Of a stretch of 64,000 nucleotides of DNA, positions 1-9,914 are shown piece after piece. The stretch's first letter is position 1; each line of letters begins with the position of its first letter. A program made the position numbers and the translations under genes. The notes under the pieces are model-generated. The model searched no databases. It worked only from the letters and a program-made list of their open reading frames with translations, and was not told where the DNA came from. Origin of the DNA: an uncultured Gammaproteobacteria bacterium. GTDB lineage: Bacteria; Patescibacteriota; Microgenomatia; UBA8517. The stretch covers positions 162,173-226,172 of the forward strand of contig CAYRUS010000001.1 in the NCBI GenBank assembly GCA_964427735.1, given 5' to 3'.

Positions 1-170
1 TTAAAAAGTTTTCCATCTTTACCAACCCTCTTGGGCATATCTGCAAATACAGGACCTTCAGAGGTTAGCTTGATGATTATCGCCACAACAATGATAATCG
101 GCAGAAACAATATTAATAAAAATATTGCTCCAAAAATGTCTATTGTTCTTTTGGTAACGTCGTAGAGCAT
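1..170 (-). CDS. Polyprenyl-phosphate glycosylphosphotransferase (bacterial sugar transferase, WbaP/PglC-like), N-terminal 56 codons only; the gene continues past the window start
   Basis: Minus-strand ATG at 168-170 gives MLYDVTKRTIDIFGAIFLLILFLPIIIVVAIIIKLTSEGPVFADMPKRVGKDGKLF. The KRxxD ... IKLTSxGPVxF ... R.GK.GK.F pattern is typical of the N-terminus of small monotopic phosphoglycosyltransferases. It is absent from the ORF track because fewer than 60 aa lie in the window. Confidence 0.6.
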   Translation of the reverse strand, partial: MLYDVTKRTIDIFGAIFLLILFLPIIIVVAIIIKLTSEGPVFADMPKRVGKDGKLF

Positions 171-210
171 ATGCGGCAGGTAATTATTTAACAATTGTAT
201 CAATCATAAC

Positions 211-1299
211 TCATTTGATGTACTTCTTATGATATTTTTCTAGTTTAGTATACAGATCTTTAACTTTTTCGGTTTTATTCATATCACAAACCAAAAGACC
301 ATCAGGTGTGTCTATCACAGCAACATTTGATATACCAATTATACTTATCATTTTTCCTTTTGGTCCAATAATTAAATTTTTGTCTGAATCAATAAAGACA
401 GTATCAGCACCACCATCAACAATTGTTTTCTTTTTAGGTGTAATTAGTGATTTATAGAAAGTTTGCCAAGTCATAACTGATTCCACCCATCCCATGTCAG
501 CTGGAATTGTTGCTCTAACATCTGCAGGTAATTTTTCAAAAATACCGTATTCAATTGAATCCTTCTTAAGCTTGCCATACTCTTTTTTTAAGGTTGAGTT
601 TTGTTTGCTTGTGCCCCAATCACCTACAATCTTCATAAGTCCTTTATACATATCAGGCTGGTATTTTTTGTAATAATCAAGCATGGTATCAGCTTTCCAA
701 ATTCTGTAGCCTGTATTAATTAACCATTCATTTGACTCAAACAACTTTTTTGCGACATGTTCCTTAGGTTTTTCTATATGCTTATCTATTAACATAACAT
801 CAAAACCATTTTTATTGGCAAGCTTTTTACCAATATGAACCCATCCGTTGTGTACACTTGGGTATTCAGCTTTTGCATCAACTGATACTATTTTCTCTGA
901 CTCTTTTGCATATTGACTAGCAGCCTCAAGAGCATCCAAAAAAACTGATTCTTTTGAAATAAAATGTTTTGCCCAGGATATCAGTATTGTTTCACCTGGG
1001 AAATACTTATTAACTACTGCTGTGGCGAGACCACAGGCTGCAAGCAAATCTTTTCTCTCTGGTTCTTTTATAATATTATTATCAGGTACTGGTGGTGCTT
1101 GTTCTTTAATAAACGGAACGTAAGCTTCTTCTGTGGTTATAAAAATATCTTTTGGTTTATAAGCTTTCTTATACCTGTTGTAAGTAATCTGAAAAATTGA
1201 CTGACCATTTACCAAAGGTATGAAAGATTTTGGTTTTGACACACGACTCAAGGGCCAAAGTCTTGTCCCTCTACCTCCTACAAAAATAACAATTTTCAT
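211..1299 (-). CDS. manC: Mannose-1-phosphate guanylyltransferase (GDP-mannose pyrophosphorylase)
   Basis: N-terminal FVGGRGTRLWPLSRVSKPK nucleotidyltransferase signature (GGxGxRLWPLSR), 362 aa, followed by an LbH-like C-terminal part. Confidence 0.8.
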   Translation of the reverse strand: MKIVIFVGGRGTRLWPLSRVSKPKSFIPLVNGQSIFQITYNRYKKAYKPKDIFITTEEAYVPFIKEQAPPVPDNNIIKEPERKDLLAACGLATAVVNKYFPGETILISWAKHFISKESVFLDALEAASQYAKESEKIVSVDAKAEYPSVHNGWVHIGKKLANKNGFDVMLIDKHIEKPKEHVAKKLFESNEWLINTGYRIWKADTMLDYYKKYQPDMYKGLMKIVGDWGTSKQNSTLKKEYGKLKKDSIEYGIFEKLPADVRATIPADMGWVESVMTWQTFYKSLITPKKKTIVDGGADTVFIDSDKNLIIGPKGKMISIIGISNVAVIDTPDGLLVCDMNKTEKVKDLYTKLEKYHKKYIK

Positions 1300-2358
1300 C
1301 TATAAAATACTTAAAAACTCCCTTTTGAAATTTTCTTTTGAAAAACGTTTTGCATTATTAGTTATATCTCTTATATTAAACTTTTTTTCATTAAAGTTCT
1401 CAATAGTTCTTATTATACTATCAGAATCTTGTCTGTCGAAAAACAATCCTGTTACATTTTCTATAACTGTGTCTAGAGCGCCACCTGATTTATAAGCAAT
1501 TACAGGCATACCATATGCCTGAGCTTCAATAGAAACCAGACCAAAATCTTCTATCTGTGGAAAAATCAATGCCCGAGCATTTTTATAGTAATTAATTAGC
1601 TCCTTATCAGAAACATATCCTGTAAATTTAATGTTATCTTTTGACATTCTTTGAAGAAAGCTTTTTTGTCTTCCCTCTCCAATAATAACTAGTGGTAAAC
1701 CCAATTCATTAAATGCCTGTATTACAAGGTCTATTTTCTTATAAGGCACTAATCTGGTGACCACTAAAAAGTAATCTTTTCTTTTCTCAGCTGTAACATT
1801 TTTTGCTGGGATGTTTAGAGGAGGAAAAATTATCTGAGAATCTCTGTTGTAGAATTTTTTTATTCTATTTTTAACCTCTGATGAAATTGAGATTAATTTA
1901 TCAGGACGACCTGAAGCTTGCAGGTCCCATTTTCGTAAATATTTTATAATAGGTTTTGATAGTGTTTTTAAATTTTTATTTTGGAAATATTCATCATATG
2001 CACTCCAAAGATATCTAGTTGGAGTCAAACAGTAACAAATATGCTTTGTATTTGAATCTGTAATTATACCTTTTGCTGCTTCGCTGGTTATGGATATGAC
2101 AACATCGTAGCCCTTAAAGTCAAAGCTCTCAAATGCATTTGGCATTAAATATGCAAAGTATTCGTGATTTTTTTTTATAAACTTAAGTCTTTGTAAATAA
2201 GAAGGGATTACTTGAGGAAAAACTTCTGCCCATTTAGCATTTTTATCATATACAGAAGTGTAAAGCGGTGCCTCTGGAAACATTTCGTGGAGTGTCAGAA
2301 GTACTCTCTCTGCACCTCCCCACTTGTTTACCCTATCGTAAACTAAAGCTATCTTCAT
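1300..2358 (-). CDS. Glycosyltransferase family 4 (GT-B fold, group 1)
   Basis: C-terminal EDFGLVSIEAQAYGMPVIA motif of the glycos_transf_1 domain; 4-bp overlap with the upstream gene. Confidence 0.8.
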   Translation of the reverse strand: MKIALVYDRVNKWGGAERVLLTLHEMFPEAPLYTSVYDKNAKWAEVFPQVIPSYLQRLKFIKKNHEYFAYLMPNAFESFDFKGYDVVISITSEAAKGIITDSNTKHICYCLTPTRYLWSAYDEYFQNKNLKTLSKPIIKYLRKWDLQASGRPDKLISISSEVKNRIKKFYNRDSQIIFPPLNIPAKNVTAEKRKDYFLVVTRLVPYKKIDLVIQAFNELGLPLVIIGEGRQKSFLQRMSKDNIKFTGYVSDKELINYYKNARALIFPQIEDFGLVSIEAQAYGMPVIAYKSGGALDTVIENVTGLFFDRQDSDSIIRTIENFNEKKFNIRDITNNAKRFSKENFKREFLSIL

Positions 2359-3479
2359 TTGAGAGTTTCAGTATAAACCTCTACTGTTTCTTCTGCCATT
2401 TTTCCCCAGGAATACTTTTTAATAAATTCCCGAGATTTTTTGATTCTCTTATTTCTTTCCATTAACTTCATATCTATGACTTTTTGCATTGTTTGTTTGA
2501 CTGAAGTAGTACTTTTTGGATTGAAATATAAAGCATTTTCTCCATAAATCTCTTTTAATACAGGTATTTTGGAAGTTAATACTAGAGTCCCAGCTTGCAT
2601 AGCCTCTAACCCTGGAAGTCCAAATCCTTCAGATAAAGTTGGATATACAAAACCTAAAGAATTTTTATATAAACTATTTAATTCTTCATCAGGAACAAAT
2701 CCTAAAAACTTTATATATTCCTCTGCACCTTCTTTTTTGGCAGAATTGATAATGCGTTCTACAAATTCGCTTCTGGAAGATGCAATGGCTAAATAATAAT
2801 TTTGATTCGAACTCTGATTAAGTTCTTTTATTGCTTTAATGGCAACGTTAATGTTTTTATGAGGATATGCGCTACCTACATATAGAAAATAATTTTTAGG
2901 TAAATTATATTTTTTATAAATTTTTTTATTTGTATCTTTTGAAAAATTTTCATCTATTCCTTCATGCGTAACTATAATTTTATTTGGATTTATTTTGTAA
3001 GTATTCAAAATATCGTCTTTAACAGCTCTACTTGGAACAATAATTCTATTAGAGGAATAAACCGCTTTTAAAAAGGCAATATGATAGCCTATTCGCCAAA
3101 CAAAGTAAGTAAAATAATCTTTGGTAGTTGAATGTTTCCCTGTAAATCTATGCATTGTTAAGTCGTGGATAGTAACCACAAATGGCTTAGAATAAAATAC
3201 AGGTACATTAAAAAACGGGAAATGGACGAGGTCGGGGTTATGTTTTTTTATTAGTGACGGTAATTTAATTTGCTCCTCAAAAGTATAGTGCTTGTAATCT
3301 GCCATTACTTTTTTAAAATTATTTCCTAACTTTATTTGATTGAAGTGCTTTTTCCTTAGTAAAATAATATAGTTATTGGCTCTATCAATTTTGGTTAAAT
3401 TGTCTATAAGACTTTTGGTATACCTACCAGGTCCTGCATTTTCGACCCCATAAAACCTAGCGTCAATTAATATTCTCAT
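2355..3479 (-). CDS. Glycosyltransferase family 4
   Basis: SEGFGLPGLEAMQAGTLVLTS motif; N-terminal Rossmann-like MRILIDARF. Confidence 0.8.
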   Translation of the reverse strand: MRILIDARFYGVENAGPGRYTKSLIDNLTKIDRANNYIILLRKKHFNQIKLGNNFKKVMADYKHYTFEEQIKLPSLIKKHNPDLVHFPFFNVPVFYSKPFVVTIHDLTMHRFTGKHSTTKDYFTYFVWRIGYHIAFLKAVYSSNRIIVPSRAVKDDILNTYKINPNKIIVTHEGIDENFSKDTNKKIYKKYNLPKNYFLYVGSAYPHKNINVAIKAIKELNQSSNQNYYLAIASSRSEFVERIINSAKKEGAEEYIKFLGFVPDEELNSLYKNSLGFVYPTLSEGFGLPGLEAMQAGTLVLTSKIPVLKEIYGENALYFNPKSTTSVKQTMQKVIDMKLMERNKRIKKSREFIKKYSWGKMAEETVEVYTETLK

Positions 3480-4378
3480 GTGATTATCTCTTTGGTAATA
3501 CGAATCAATTTTAATAACTTAATCCCCGCCAAAACTAAAACATTTAAAAAAAGTGGATAATGACTCCACAATCTCTTTTTATAAAATATTTCCATTGAGT
3601 TTATTCCTGTAAGTCTGTACTTAAGTCTTAATCTTACTGGAATTTTTTCTTTAGCTTTGTTTTTCCCTTTTGTAGCACCTTTATAGTGCATTATTGAAAC
3701 TTTAGGAGTATAGAATAATTCATACCCCTGTTCTTTAATTTTCCAAGACAAGTCAATATCCTCACCATCTAAAAAATAATCTTCGTCAAACCAACCTACT
3801 CTATCAAGCAATTGCTTTCTAGAAAGAAAGTAAGCCCCCTGAATAACTTCAACAGAATGTTCTTTATTCGGATCTACATATCCATACCAATATCTGGAAA
3901 AGAGTGGAGAATCGGGAAATATTCTATCCAAGGGTAGTACCAAATGTGTAAATGACACCCAAGGAGTTGGGAATGATCTTCTAGCATCTTTATCCAAAGT
4001 CCCGTCTGCTAAAATCATTTTGCAAGTGACTGCTCCAAGCTTGGGATTTTTTTCAAGCAGCTCAAGGGTATATTTTAGAGTACCTTTTTTAACTTCTGTA
4101 TCAGAATTAAGGAATAAAACATACTTTCCTTTTGTAACTTTCCGTGCTGCATTATTTCCAGCAGAAAAACCTAAGTTTTCTTTATTTTCTACCAAAACAA
4201 CCTGCGGAAACTCATTTTTTATCATTTCCAAACTCCCATCTGTAGATCCATTGTCACTAACGATCACCTCAAAATTTACTTCTTTTTTCACTTTTTCAAG
4301 TGATTTCAAGCAAGCTTTTAATAACTTTTTTGTATTGTAATTAAGAATTATTATTGAAATAACTGGATTCTTACTCAT
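3476..4378 (-). CDS. Glycosyltransferase family 2 (GT-A fold)
   Basis: SIIILNYNTKKLL ... VIVSDNGSTDGS, then a DxD-region LNSDTEV. Confidence 0.8.
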   Translation of the reverse strand: MSKNPVISIIILNYNTKKLLKACLKSLEKVKKEVNFEVIVSDNGSTDGSLEMIKNEFPQVVLVENKENLGFSAGNNAARKVTKGKYVLFLNSDTEVKKGTLKYTLELLEKNPKLGAVTCKMILADGTLDKDARRSFPTPWVSFTHLVLPLDRIFPDSPLFSRYWYGYVDPNKEHSVEVIQGAYFLSRKQLLDRVGWFDEDYFLDGEDIDLSWKIKEQGYELFYTPKVSIMHYKGATKGKNKAKEKIPVRLRLKYRLTGINSMEIFYKKRLWSHYPLFLNVLVLAGIKLLKLIRITKEIIT

Positions 4379-5580
4379 TTTTTTATTTTTCCTAATTCTT
4401 TATAAATATTGTTTAGTGATATAGCCATTTTCTCCCAGCTGTATTTTTCTTCTACTAATTTTCGTGCGCTATTGGCAATTTTCATCGCTTTATTGCTATC
4501 TTTTAGAATACTGATTGTAGCTTTAGCAATATCATTCATATTATTTCTAACAATTATATTCTCTCCATTCTTTACACTTAAACCTTCTGCGCCAACAGAT
4601 GTAGTAACCAAAGGAAGCTTACTTGCCATTGCAGCAAAATGCTTTAAACGAGTACCTCCAGGACCTTTCAAGGGAGAAACAAATACGCTTGATTCATAAT
4701 ACGCCTTTTGGATACTTTCCTCATCATTTTCAGCTAAATCATCAATAATTATACTTTCGCTTTTTCTATCCTTAAGTGTGTCAGGAATATGTTGCCCAAC
4801 TATCCAAAGTTTTGCGTTTTTTAATTCCTTATGCACGATAGGATAAACTTCATCAAGAAGATTAACAGCAGCTTCTACATTCTGTAACCATTTAAAATTA
4901 GCAACAAATAATATTTTTGGATCATTATTTTTCCAGCTTTTTTTAACTTTAAAAAAGTCTAGATTTACACCATTAGGAACAATACCAACATCAAGATCAG
5001 GTACTAAATTTAACATTGCCTCTTTATCTGCCTCTGAAACAGCAACAACTTTGTCCGCTTTTTTCCAATAAACTCTTTCCCAATAACGCAATTTAGAAAC
5101 GTCAATATTGAGTAATGGTCTCAGGTAAGCTTTTGCCTGCTTTTCAACAAAATGTTTATATACTAAATATTCTATTGTTTGTTCTACCAAAAGCACAGGT
5201 ATATCTGTTTTAGGAATATGAGGCATTACATAAAAAGTCTCTGCGTGAATTAGATCATATTTTTCTTTTTTTAGTTCAGCTTCAACTCCTTTTTTTTCAT
5301 CAGGAGATAGGTTTCTAATCACAAGAAACGGATATGGTCCAAATCCCGTCAACAAAATATTCCTAAGTGTCCATGGAGATGCTGTTCTTTTGAAAACTTT
5401 TACACTTTTACAAAACTTACTTAACTCTTTTATATGCTTCCTTTCTTTTTCATCCTTAATAAGTGAAATAAGAGTTATCTCATGGTCTTTGCTAAGATGC
5501 TTTAACAAGTTAAAGGAGCGAATTTGACCACCGGAAGAAGGAGGAAAAGGCAGATATGGAGTAAGCATTAATATTTTCAT
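4375..5580 (-). CDS. Glycosyltransferase family 4
   Basis: N-terminal MKILMLTPYLPFPPSSGGQIR and C-terminal GT-B domain; ATGA overlap with the preceding gene. Confidence 0.75.
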   Translation of the reverse strand: MKILMLTPYLPFPPSSGGQIRSFNLLKHLSKDHEITLISLIKDEKERKHIKELSKFCKSVKVFKRTASPWTLRNILLTGFGPYPFLVIRNLSPDEKKGVEAELKKEKYDLIHAETFYVMPHIPKTDIPVLLVEQTIEYLVYKHFVEKQAKAYLRPLLNIDVSKLRYWERVYWKKADKVVAVSEADKEAMLNLVPDLDVGIVPNGVNLDFFKVKKSWKNNDPKILFVANFKWLQNVEAAVNLLDEVYPIVHKELKNAKLWIVGQHIPDTLKDRKSESIIIDDLAENDEESIQKAYYESSVFVSPLKGPGGTRLKHFAAMASKLPLVTTSVGAEGLSVKNGENIIVRNNMNDIAKATISILKDSNKAMKIANSARKLVEEKYSWEKMAISLNNIYKELGKIKK

Positions 5581-5581
5581 A

Positions 5582-7054
5582 TTATTTTGGCTGATTAAGG
5601 TCTAAAATAATATATTCACCTGTTTTTTCTAAGGTAGAATACTTTTCCTCAAATTTAAGTGTGTCTGCAGAATTAAGATCAACAGATACATAATAATCAG
5701 CACCAAACTCATTTATCAATTGGTCTAAAGTAGTTTCCACAACTGGCCATCCATATCTTTTTGTCTGATACAAAAAAGCTGTGTCACCATTATAAGGAGC
5801 TACAACCAAAGCATCTTTTGGTGTTAATCTGTCAACTGCTTCCCCTGCTGTAATAATTTCTGGGTGATTTACCTGATAATAATCTTTGACTTGATATGCA
5901 CCTATACCAATCATCATCACTGCAGAAAATAATACAAGCCCTCTTCTCAAAACAAGATTTAGGTTTTTTTCATTCCATAAATATAAACTTCCTTGGGAAA
6001 GAATTAGAGCAATTGCTGGCATTAATAACGTTTGATAATAATCATGCCTAACATTCGCTGTTGCAACAACAATAGTATACAAAACAACTCCTACCATAAA
6101 CGCGACATTTATTAATTTTTTGTTCTTTGTCAAGACAGATCCCACTCCAAATGGAATTAACCCCCACATACCTAGAATCAACTTTCCAATTCTTTCACCA
6201 AAAATCCATCTCCAAAATGCAGGTCTGAATCTTATCCCATCTCCATTAAATGCCCATTCAAAATGAGGAATTCCTACCGGAAATTGGTTTATCCAAATAC
6301 GCCAAATCAAAAAAGGAAGTGTAGCTATATTAAGATAAATAAGCATTTTGGAAACAACCCCTGCATTTTTGTATATTTTTTCTTTGTATTTCCTAATAGC
6401 TATTAAAATTATAGGCAAGCTATAAAAAATTGAGTATGGTTTAAGAAGCAAACCTAAGGCTGCAAGTATAGCAGATAAAATAAAATAAATATTTTTGTTT
6501 GTTTTATCAAATCTAAGAAACAACCAAATAGCACCAGTTGCAAATAAAACTACTAGAGGTTCGGGGAGAATCACGCGAGTAAAATAAATATTAAATGGGA
6601 TTAATAAATAAAAAAAGGAAGCTAAAACACCTCCCCACTTACTTATTGTTTCTTTCCCGATACTATAAAGAATTAATGATGTGATTAATGATGTAACAAT
6701 TGACATCAATCTACCTGCAGTCTCAAAGGAAACAAATGGAAGCATATAAGAAAAAGCTACATGAAAAATATTAAATAATGGAAGCTCTACCATCCTCCAG
6801 CCATTGGGATTAAAAAAACCAGATTGTATTGTAGAAATATCATAATATTTAGGTTCAAGTATATTTATGCCTTCTTCTTTAAAAATCCTAGATACAGCAG
6901 CTGTATCTGCTTGTCTCCAGGAATGCCAATCTCCTAATGGTATATTAATTTTGTATAACCTTACTGCAAATCCAACAATTAAAATAATAATTAACCATAA
7001 AACAGGCTTATTTATTTTATCAAGTAGGCTTAGTATAGATTTAATTTTTTGCAT
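5582..7054 (-). CDS. Polytopic membrane protein, GT-C-like glycosyltransferase (divergent ArnT/PMT-like)
   Basis: 490 aa with more than 10 predicted TM segments. The N-terminal loop GDWHSWRQADTAAVSRIF sits where the PMT/ArnT acidic loop motif lies. The C-terminal soluble domain is about 130 aa. Confidence 0.5.
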   Translation of the reverse strand: MQKIKSILSLLDKINKPVLWLIIILIVGFAVRLYKINIPLGDWHSWRQADTAAVSRIFKEEGINILEPKYYDISTIQSGFFNPNGWRMVELPLFNIFHVAFSYMLPFVSFETAGRLMSIVTSLITSLILYSIGKETISKWGGVLASFFYLLIPFNIYFTRVILPEPLVVLFATGAIWLFLRFDKTNKNIYFILSAILAALGLLLKPYSIFYSLPIILIAIRKYKEKIYKNAGVVSKMLIYLNIATLPFLIWRIWINQFPVGIPHFEWAFNGDGIRFRPAFWRWIFGERIGKLILGMWGLIPFGVGSVLTKNKKLINVAFMVGVVLYTIVVATANVRHDYYQTLLMPAIALILSQGSLYLWNEKNLNLVLRRGLVLFSAVMMIGIGAYQVKDYYQVNHPEIITAGEAVDRLTPKDALVVAPYNGDTAFLYQTKRYGWPVVETTLDQLINEFGADYYVSVDLNSADTLKFEEKYSTLEKTGEYIILDLNQPK

Positions 7055-8492
7055 TCTTAAATATAGCTCCAGCTACAAGACTAACTCCTAAAATCATCCA
7101 AAAAATTGAGGCTACTTTGCTTGCCTCAAAAACATCTATAAAAATTGCATTAACCAAATAAGCCACCATAAGTGATAGTATACCTGCAAAATAATATTTC
7201 ATAAAACCTTTGCTACCTTTGTAAAAAGATACAATGTTTTTTGTTATCGCTATTAGTAGCAAAGTAAATGCTATAAATCCAAGTATTCCAACTTCACCTA
7301 ACATCCGAAGGTAATCATTGTCAGTGGCAAGCCCAATAGAAGAATAACCTGTACCCAAAAGTGGGTTTTTATAAAATGCCCTCATTGCTCTCGGCCACTC
7401 CATATCCAAACGAATAGATAAAGATCTATAAACTCCTAATTGAGTTGGATCAGTTGGCTCTCCAGGTGCAATATCAGCAATATTTATACTTCTGTCTTTT
7501 TGCTCAACCATATCCACAGGAAGTGTAGGTATATTCAAGCTGCCTCTTTCTTGTTGATCTTTTGTCCCCTGAAAAGTTTGCTCGTTACTAAATATGACTT
7601 TAATAGTTGCTAAATATCTATCACGTAAACTAGAAGGATAAATAGCAAACATAGAAATTAAGAATATTATTAAAAATATATATCGATACTTTCTAAGCAG
7701 AATCACGAGTGACACTAAACCAACAAAAACTGCAATAAACGATAACCTAGCAGCGGTTAACACTAATACATATAATGAAAAAACAGATAACAGGCTTATC
7801 CAGGTAACTGCCGTCAATTTTTTCTTTGTAATTTTTCCTTTATTGATTTTGTCAAAAAAGTAAAAAAATACTGTAGCTGCCAAGATTACAGTCATCATTA
7901 GAAATATGGCTAAATCATAGTGTCCTGCAAATGTAGAGCCAACTCTTTCACCAGGGGATAAGTAGTAAACAAATCCTTTTGATAATTCTGATGTAGTAGT
8001 GGATATAGCAGGAAAGCGTAAATATTTTTGACCTAATGCATAAAAATTAACAATAAAAACAACTATAGAAGATGACGCAAGAAAAACAAAAAACTGTCTC
8101 TTTGTTTTTACAACAGTAAATGCAAAAGGCAAAAACATCAGCAGTTCTATTCTCCTTAAATAATGAAGAACGCCTATGCTTGGCATAACTGTTTTAGTAA
8201 GAAATATTCCAGAGAACAAAGAGACACTGCCTATAAAGAAAAACACAAGAAGAGCTTGAATAATACTGGAGTTTAAAAGCTGGACGATTTTCTTAGAAGC
8301 TACGAGATAAATAAACCATAATAAGTATCCAACAAAAATAAATATATCTTCTAATCTTATAGACACAAAACTTCCTTTAACTCCAAATAAAGGAAACTTC
8401 TGATACAAAGATATAAAAAATAATAAAAAAATTAAATACCAATACAAAAAAACTTCAAATTTTGGTAATAATTTTTGCATAAGTTTTTGCAT
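7041..8492 (-). CDS. O-antigen ligase / Wzy-type polymerase-like membrane protein (Wzy_C-like domain)
   Basis: 483 aa polytopic protein with a large loop carrying NPLLGTGYSSIGLATDNDYLRMLGEVGILGF. This resembles the H-N-x-Y-L ... E-x-G-x-x-G core of the O-antigen ligase domain. Confidence 0.5.
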   Translation of the reverse strand: MQKLMQKLLPKFEVFLYWYLIFLLFFISLYQKFPLFGVKGSFVSIRLEDIFIFVGYLLWFIYLVASKKIVQLLNSSIIQALLVFFFIGSVSLFSGIFLTKTVMPSIGVLHYLRRIELLMFLPFAFTVVKTKRQFFVFLASSSIVVFIVNFYALGQKYLRFPAISTTTSELSKGFVYYLSPGERVGSTFAGHYDLAIFLMMTVILAATVFFYFFDKINKGKITKKKLTAVTWISLLSVFSLYVLVLTAARLSFIAVFVGLVSLVILLRKYRYIFLIIFLISMFAIYPSSLRDRYLATIKVIFSNEQTFQGTKDQQERGSLNIPTLPVDMVEQKDRSINIADIAPGEPTDPTQLGVYRSLSIRLDMEWPRAMRAFYKNPLLGTGYSSIGLATDNDYLRMLGEVGILGFIAFTLLLIAITKNIVSFYKGSKGFMKYYFAGILSLMVAYLVNAIFIDVFEASKVASIFWMILGVSLVAGAIFKNAKN

Positions 8493-9357
8493 AATCTCTC
8501 CTTCCTAATATCAAAAAAGCTAATGCACGCAAAGGTATAAAAATATAATATAAAACTCTCAAATAAATTACCGCTAGTAAACCATAGTTTTTTTTGTATA
8601 AATATACTAAACCCTTTAATTCCCCTATCCATTGGGTTTCTCTTGGCGAACTACTACTTGCACCACCTATGTGTATGATTTCAGCTTTGTCTGTCCATCC
8701 AATCTTAAAACCAGCATTATAAGCTCGCCAACAATAATCAACATCTTCTGCATACATGAATATTTTTTCATCTAATAAACCAATTTTTTCTAGAACATCT
8801 CGTTTAATCAACATAACAGATCCAGAAACCCAACCTACAGATCTTTGTTTTTTGTAATATTTTGCATACCTTTGTTGAAAAGAAGGCAAAAGTAATACTT
8901 TTCTAAAAATATCATCCAATCCAGATACCCACAAAAAAACAGGCAGAGGTGTAGGAAGGTCTCCTGCGTTTGGTTGAAAAGTCAGATCAGGGTTTAATAA
9001 TTTGCAACTAGATATTTGATATTTGTTTTTTTCGGCAAAATCAACCAAAATGTCGAGTGATTTATCAAGTACTTTTGTATCTGAATTAATTAATAATACG
9101 TAATCGATATCATTCTTCAAAAGTTCATCTATTCCAAGATTATTCCCACCAGCAAAACCTAGATTTTTATTACTTTTTATGATTTTCAATTCTGGATATT
9201 TTTTTGATACTGCCGAAATTGATCCATCGGTTGAGTTATTATCAACCAACACTACTTCTAGTTTTGATTTCCATCTCTTCTTTAAAATACTATCAAGACA
9301 ATCAAGTGTTAAATCTTTAGTATTATAATTTACAATAACTACACCTACTTTAGTCAT
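8455..9357 (-). CDS. Glycosyltransferase family 2
   Basis: GVVIVNYNTKDLT ... VVLVDNNSTDGS ... LINSDT. Confidence 0.8.
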   Translation of the reverse strand: MTKVGVVIVNYNTKDLTLDCLDSILKKRWKSKLEVVLVDNNSTDGSISAVSKKYPELKIIKSNKNLGFAGGNNLGIDELLKNDIDYVLLINSDTKVLDKSLDILVDFAEKNKYQISSCKLLNPDLTFQPNAGDLPTPLPVFLWVSGLDDIFRKVLLLPSFQQRYAKYYKKQRSVGWVSGSVMLIKRDVLEKIGLLDEKIFMYAEDVDYCWRAYNAGFKIGWTDKAEIIHIGGASSSSPRETQWIGELKGLVYLYKKNYGLLAVIYLRVLYYIFIPLRALAFLILGRRDYAKTYAKIITKI

Positions 9358-9910
9358 TTAATATTACTCGCTTTCCAGTTATCCAAAGCAAAAGGATTGA
9401 AACAATAATTCCAAACCAGACAACTATCCTTACATACAAACTTGATGGGTAATATCTCAATATGTTTTTTGTAAGGTGTTCCTGATTATCGAAATCAAAC
9501 TTTGTAGCTCCTGCATATCTTGGTTCACCATTTTCTGTAAATGGCTCCATACCATTTAGGAAAATAGAATCACGTAAGGGGTATACGTACTCTTCTAAAT
9601 AAGTACTTTGAGTTTGATCTTTAATATAAGTGTAAGCGTTTTCTGGAGGATAATTTAATTTTATTGGATCAAAAGGTATTTTATTTTTATTTTTGTAATC
9701 TTCATAATAAAATTCAGTAGCAAAATCACGATAATGATCAGAAAAATAAGCTTTGATATTTGGTACTTGCCATACATCTCCTGGCAAGGTAGACACAGAA
9801 GAATTAGGCAAATCTGAAAAATTCTGAACAGAAACAGTGCCGGGTATTACCATATATATAAGTAAAATCAGGGAAAAAATTATATATAAAGATGATACAA
9901 ATACTTTCAT
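9350..9910 (-). CDS. Hypothetical bitopic membrane protein (N- and C-terminal TM helices around a soluble domain of about 130 aa)
   Basis: 186-aa ORF. Hydrophobic N-terminus SLYIIFSLILLIYMVIPG and C-terminus IVVWFGIIVSILLLWITG. No recognisable motif. Confidence 0.45.
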   Translation of the reverse strand: MKVFVSSLYIIFSLILLIYMVIPGTVSVQNFSDLPNSSVSTLPGDVWQVPNIKAYFSDHYRDFATEFYYEDYKNKNKIPFDPIKLNYPPENAYTYIKDQTQSTYLEEYVYPLRDSIFLNGMEPFTENGEPRYAGATKFDFDNQEHLTKNILRYYPSSLYVRIVVWFGIIVSILLLWITGKRVILND

Positions 9911-9914
9911 GAAG

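Noticed and set aside
964-1200. Numerous 60-130-aa ORFs in the track lying inside larger genes on the opposite strand (e.g. 964..1200, 2268..2465, 4020..4340, 6867..7091, 10648..11001, 22123..22329, 33660..33851, 51125..51526, 53913..54230, 56652..56963)
   Set aside because: They are fully embedded antisense to long, motif-bearing genes. They are low-complexity or AT-codon-driven and have no recognisable motifs, so they are most likely spurious.
8432-8632. 66-aa ORF at the 8455..9357 / 7041..8492 junction
   Set aside because: It overlaps two well-supported genes in another frame and is hydrophobic low-complexity; it is likely an artefact.
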